NCBI GenBank assembly: GCA_051362555.1
Contig: CM120641.1
Span: 42,848,401 to 42,912,400 of the forward strand
Direction of reading: 5' to 3'
Source of the DNA: Lingula anatina
Taxonomy: Eukaryota; Animalia; Brachiopoda
Length of the DNA: 64,000 nucleotides
The translations under genes and the position numbers were made by a program. The notes beneath the pieces were generated by a model that ran no database searches, was not told the origin of the DNA, and saw only the letters and a program-made list of their open reading frames with translations. Position 1 is the first letter of the stretch. The number at the start of each line of letters is the position of its first letter. This document shows positions 61,275 to 64,000 of the stretch, piece by piece.

Positions 61275-64000
61275 CTTGTTAGAGCTGAAAAAAGGAAAAT
61301 TTGAAATGTTATTGGTGAATTTATATTTAGCAAATTCTATCTAGTTACATATAAACTCATATTCTACAATTCAATTAGTAATTTAAATAGGTAGTTGTAA
61401 TTCTGTCTGTATTATAGAATGTTTCATCAACATCTTAGTTTTATTTCATTTTTTTTAAATGTCTATGCTAAATGTGTCGTAATTTCTTAACGTGTTTATG
61501 AAAGGAATTTACAATTTGTTTCTCAAGCAAGCGAAAAGCACAATTATCTACTGCTTAACGTTCCATTAAAATTGCCTTGGTCCTTGGAGTCTCATTCAAT
61601 GTTCATTAATTGTCATTTATTCATTTTGTTTTTTATTGAAAATCCACTACAAATTGTTTTCCCGTCAAACAAATTGACTTAGGGATTTTAAGATTAAAGA
61701 GGTTTAGATTGGTGTCTCAAATTTGCTTTTGTTTGGCCATCAATTTATAATGAGCATGACAACAGCGAAACAGTTAGCTTTTCTTCAAAATGTCAACAGG
61801 TGTGATATAACTAAGATGCTCAATTATACCGAATTCATCAAGCAAATTTGCTGAGAAAATTTATAACAGATAGGCTTTAAGTGCTTGAAAACTTTTTCTC
61901 ACGCGTTGCTGCCTGAAGCGGAGGGGGTTCGGTGAGCCGTGACACCTGATCACCCTTTGACTCCCCCTCAATAGGAGTATTCTGCATAGTAAACAAAATC
62001 TCTTCTTGCAGTTTATTGCTGATATTCCCCTGAAGACAAGATTACGCCTCCAGACTTTGCTGATAAATTTACCATTCTGTGAGTCTTTCTCTTTCTGTCA
62101 ATGAGGGTCAAATGTTTTATGTTAACGTTATTAACGTTATTTGTTGGAAATAAATGAAGGCGCTCTCAACAGTTTACACGATCAGCTAAATTAATATTTA
62201 CTTCGTGCTGTAAAATGTAACGTCTTGACCATTCGTTTGATACGCTACTTGAAATGAAGTGTTATTTCATGTTTCCCTTAAGATGGAATGCTCAGTTTTC
62301 ATTCCTTTCTACTTTTTAAAAATCCGTATACCATTTATGAATAGTTTGAAGTCAAATTTAAAACAAACAAAATTAACCGTTCGAATTTCAAATCAAGGTG
62401 TTTTTCAAAAACCGTGACACGCGAAAGCATTGTTTTCTTTCTATCTTGGCTCCATGTTTTTAGAGAAAGCAGGTGCCACAATTAAACGCTGATTAACGAC
62501 CTAGACAGAAACATTATTCATGGACGGCGTGCAACTCAACAGGCAATATTACTAACTTCGATTCAGAGCCTTCATCTCACCCTTTATGTTAACCCAGCTG
62601 CTTTTTCTGATACGAGTTTTGATTTTTTTTTCGCGGCGTGATGTAATATTTAGAGAAGTAATTTTTCGGCAATTGCAGTTAGGGCAATTTCAGTGAGCAA
62701 GGATAGTTGTTCGAAGTAAGGAGGAATAGCCACAGGAAGAATCGCCAAAAAGAGTAGGAGCGTGGGAATATGAGGGGGCATTTTTTTATTCATAGCCTAC
62801 AATAGTTCTAGAGAATCACGTGTTATGAAGCATTAGTCACAAGATCATAACCAAGACATCCTCCAAATAAAGTGTCAGTAAAACAAATAGTACTGACAGG
62901 CATTGATAATTTTATGAAAATTAGAACATTATTTAACATAAAGACGCACTATCCTCGTGTTAACACTAAAATCTCGGACAAAAAAGAGGCAGGCTTATGT
63001 TCAGTTTTTGGTTTAGAGACACGAAAAACTATTGCATTTACCATGCGTTGACTTACAATTAGTTCATGTTATATGTCACGGCACAACCATGACAGTTCCA
63101 TCTCTCTCTCTCTCTTTCTCTCTCTCCGAAATATTTAATAAATTGCAATATGATATAATTGAGACAAGTTAACTTTGAGCTCTAGGTGTCCATCAGCTCC
63201 ACATCGACATACCTTTACATATATAACGGAATCTCTTTATCAATTTCCCCTCGACCTCCTTCCAAATCTTCGTCTTCTGAACAGGACATGACACCTCACT
63301 CCCTAACCTCGACAATTCGACATTAAAGTTAGACACTATGGGCTTGCCGCCATGACTGTGATAGAGTATCACGTTAGCTAATGTCTCGACCCTTTCATCA
63401 TATAGGTGGCTAACGGTACCATGGGTATTTACCGCAAGAAAGTTTGAGTTTACACAAGTATTGTATAGCTTTTGCGCAAACCTTAACGCGATTGGTCAAG
63501 GCATTCATGAGCAAACAAGCCGTCTCAAAAAGGTTCTCTAAGAGTGCATTCCCATAGATTTATAACGATCCTAGCTCCCTGGGGGTTCACGCTAAATTGC
63601 TGTTAGCCGAGCGCGCACGGTAGTTAAATACCCCCTTACAGCTTTTAGTAGGCGGGACAGACATTTAAGCCGGCTAAGCTGACAGTAATCTAGTTAGACT
63701 CCCCACAGGGATAGATCGATCTAAAATCTGTGGGAATGGGGTCTAGGCCAAGAATATGGTGCCTCCAATAAATGCCTCTGCAAGTTTTCTGCTCGTTACA
63801 TTCCCTTTATTAATTTATTTATCAGTAGAATAATACGAGAGTCTTCTTTGACAAAGAAGGGACATGTCTTTTCTTTTATTGTTCAGAGAAAAATAATCAG
63901 TTCACATAGAACAGTTTTTTTTCGATATAACCATTCACTAAATTAGAAAAAAGGGCGTAGCAGAATTTAATCTTAAAATCACTAACTGCATTTTTTGCAA

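Noticed and set aside
63690-63748. Imperfect hairpin ending in CTAG, suggestive of a Helitron 3' end
   Set aside because: Pairing is loose and no 5' end or second copy is visible in the window.

Overview
AT-rich eukaryotic (metazoan, probably lophotrochozoan/molluscan) genomic DNA with spliced genes. Left part: 3' exons of a type I membrane protein with a mucin-like stalk and a tyrosine-motif tail (+), an uncharacterised 622-aa disordered protein with a C-terminal globular domain resembling the meteorin N-terminal domain (+), then ARMT1/DCPH1 (-) head-to-head with NAA80 (+). Between NAA80 and the convergent CHAC2 (-) lies a ~21 kb block (about 24.5-45.5 kb) made largely of decayed transposon coding fragments from many superfamilies: YqaJ/ISL2EU-like, P2X7-ballast/KolX-like, Ngaro/DIRS, Harbinger Myb-BEN, CACTA and piggyBac. 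Nearly all lie on the minus strand, antisense to read-through from NAA80, which is the architecture of a uni-strand (flamenco-like) piRNA cluster; this is the main candidate. Right part: CHAC2 and three tandem innexin genes (-) whose coding regions are intronless. Several MITEs with target-site duplications are resolved. All family assignments come from manual translation and motif recognition, not database searches.
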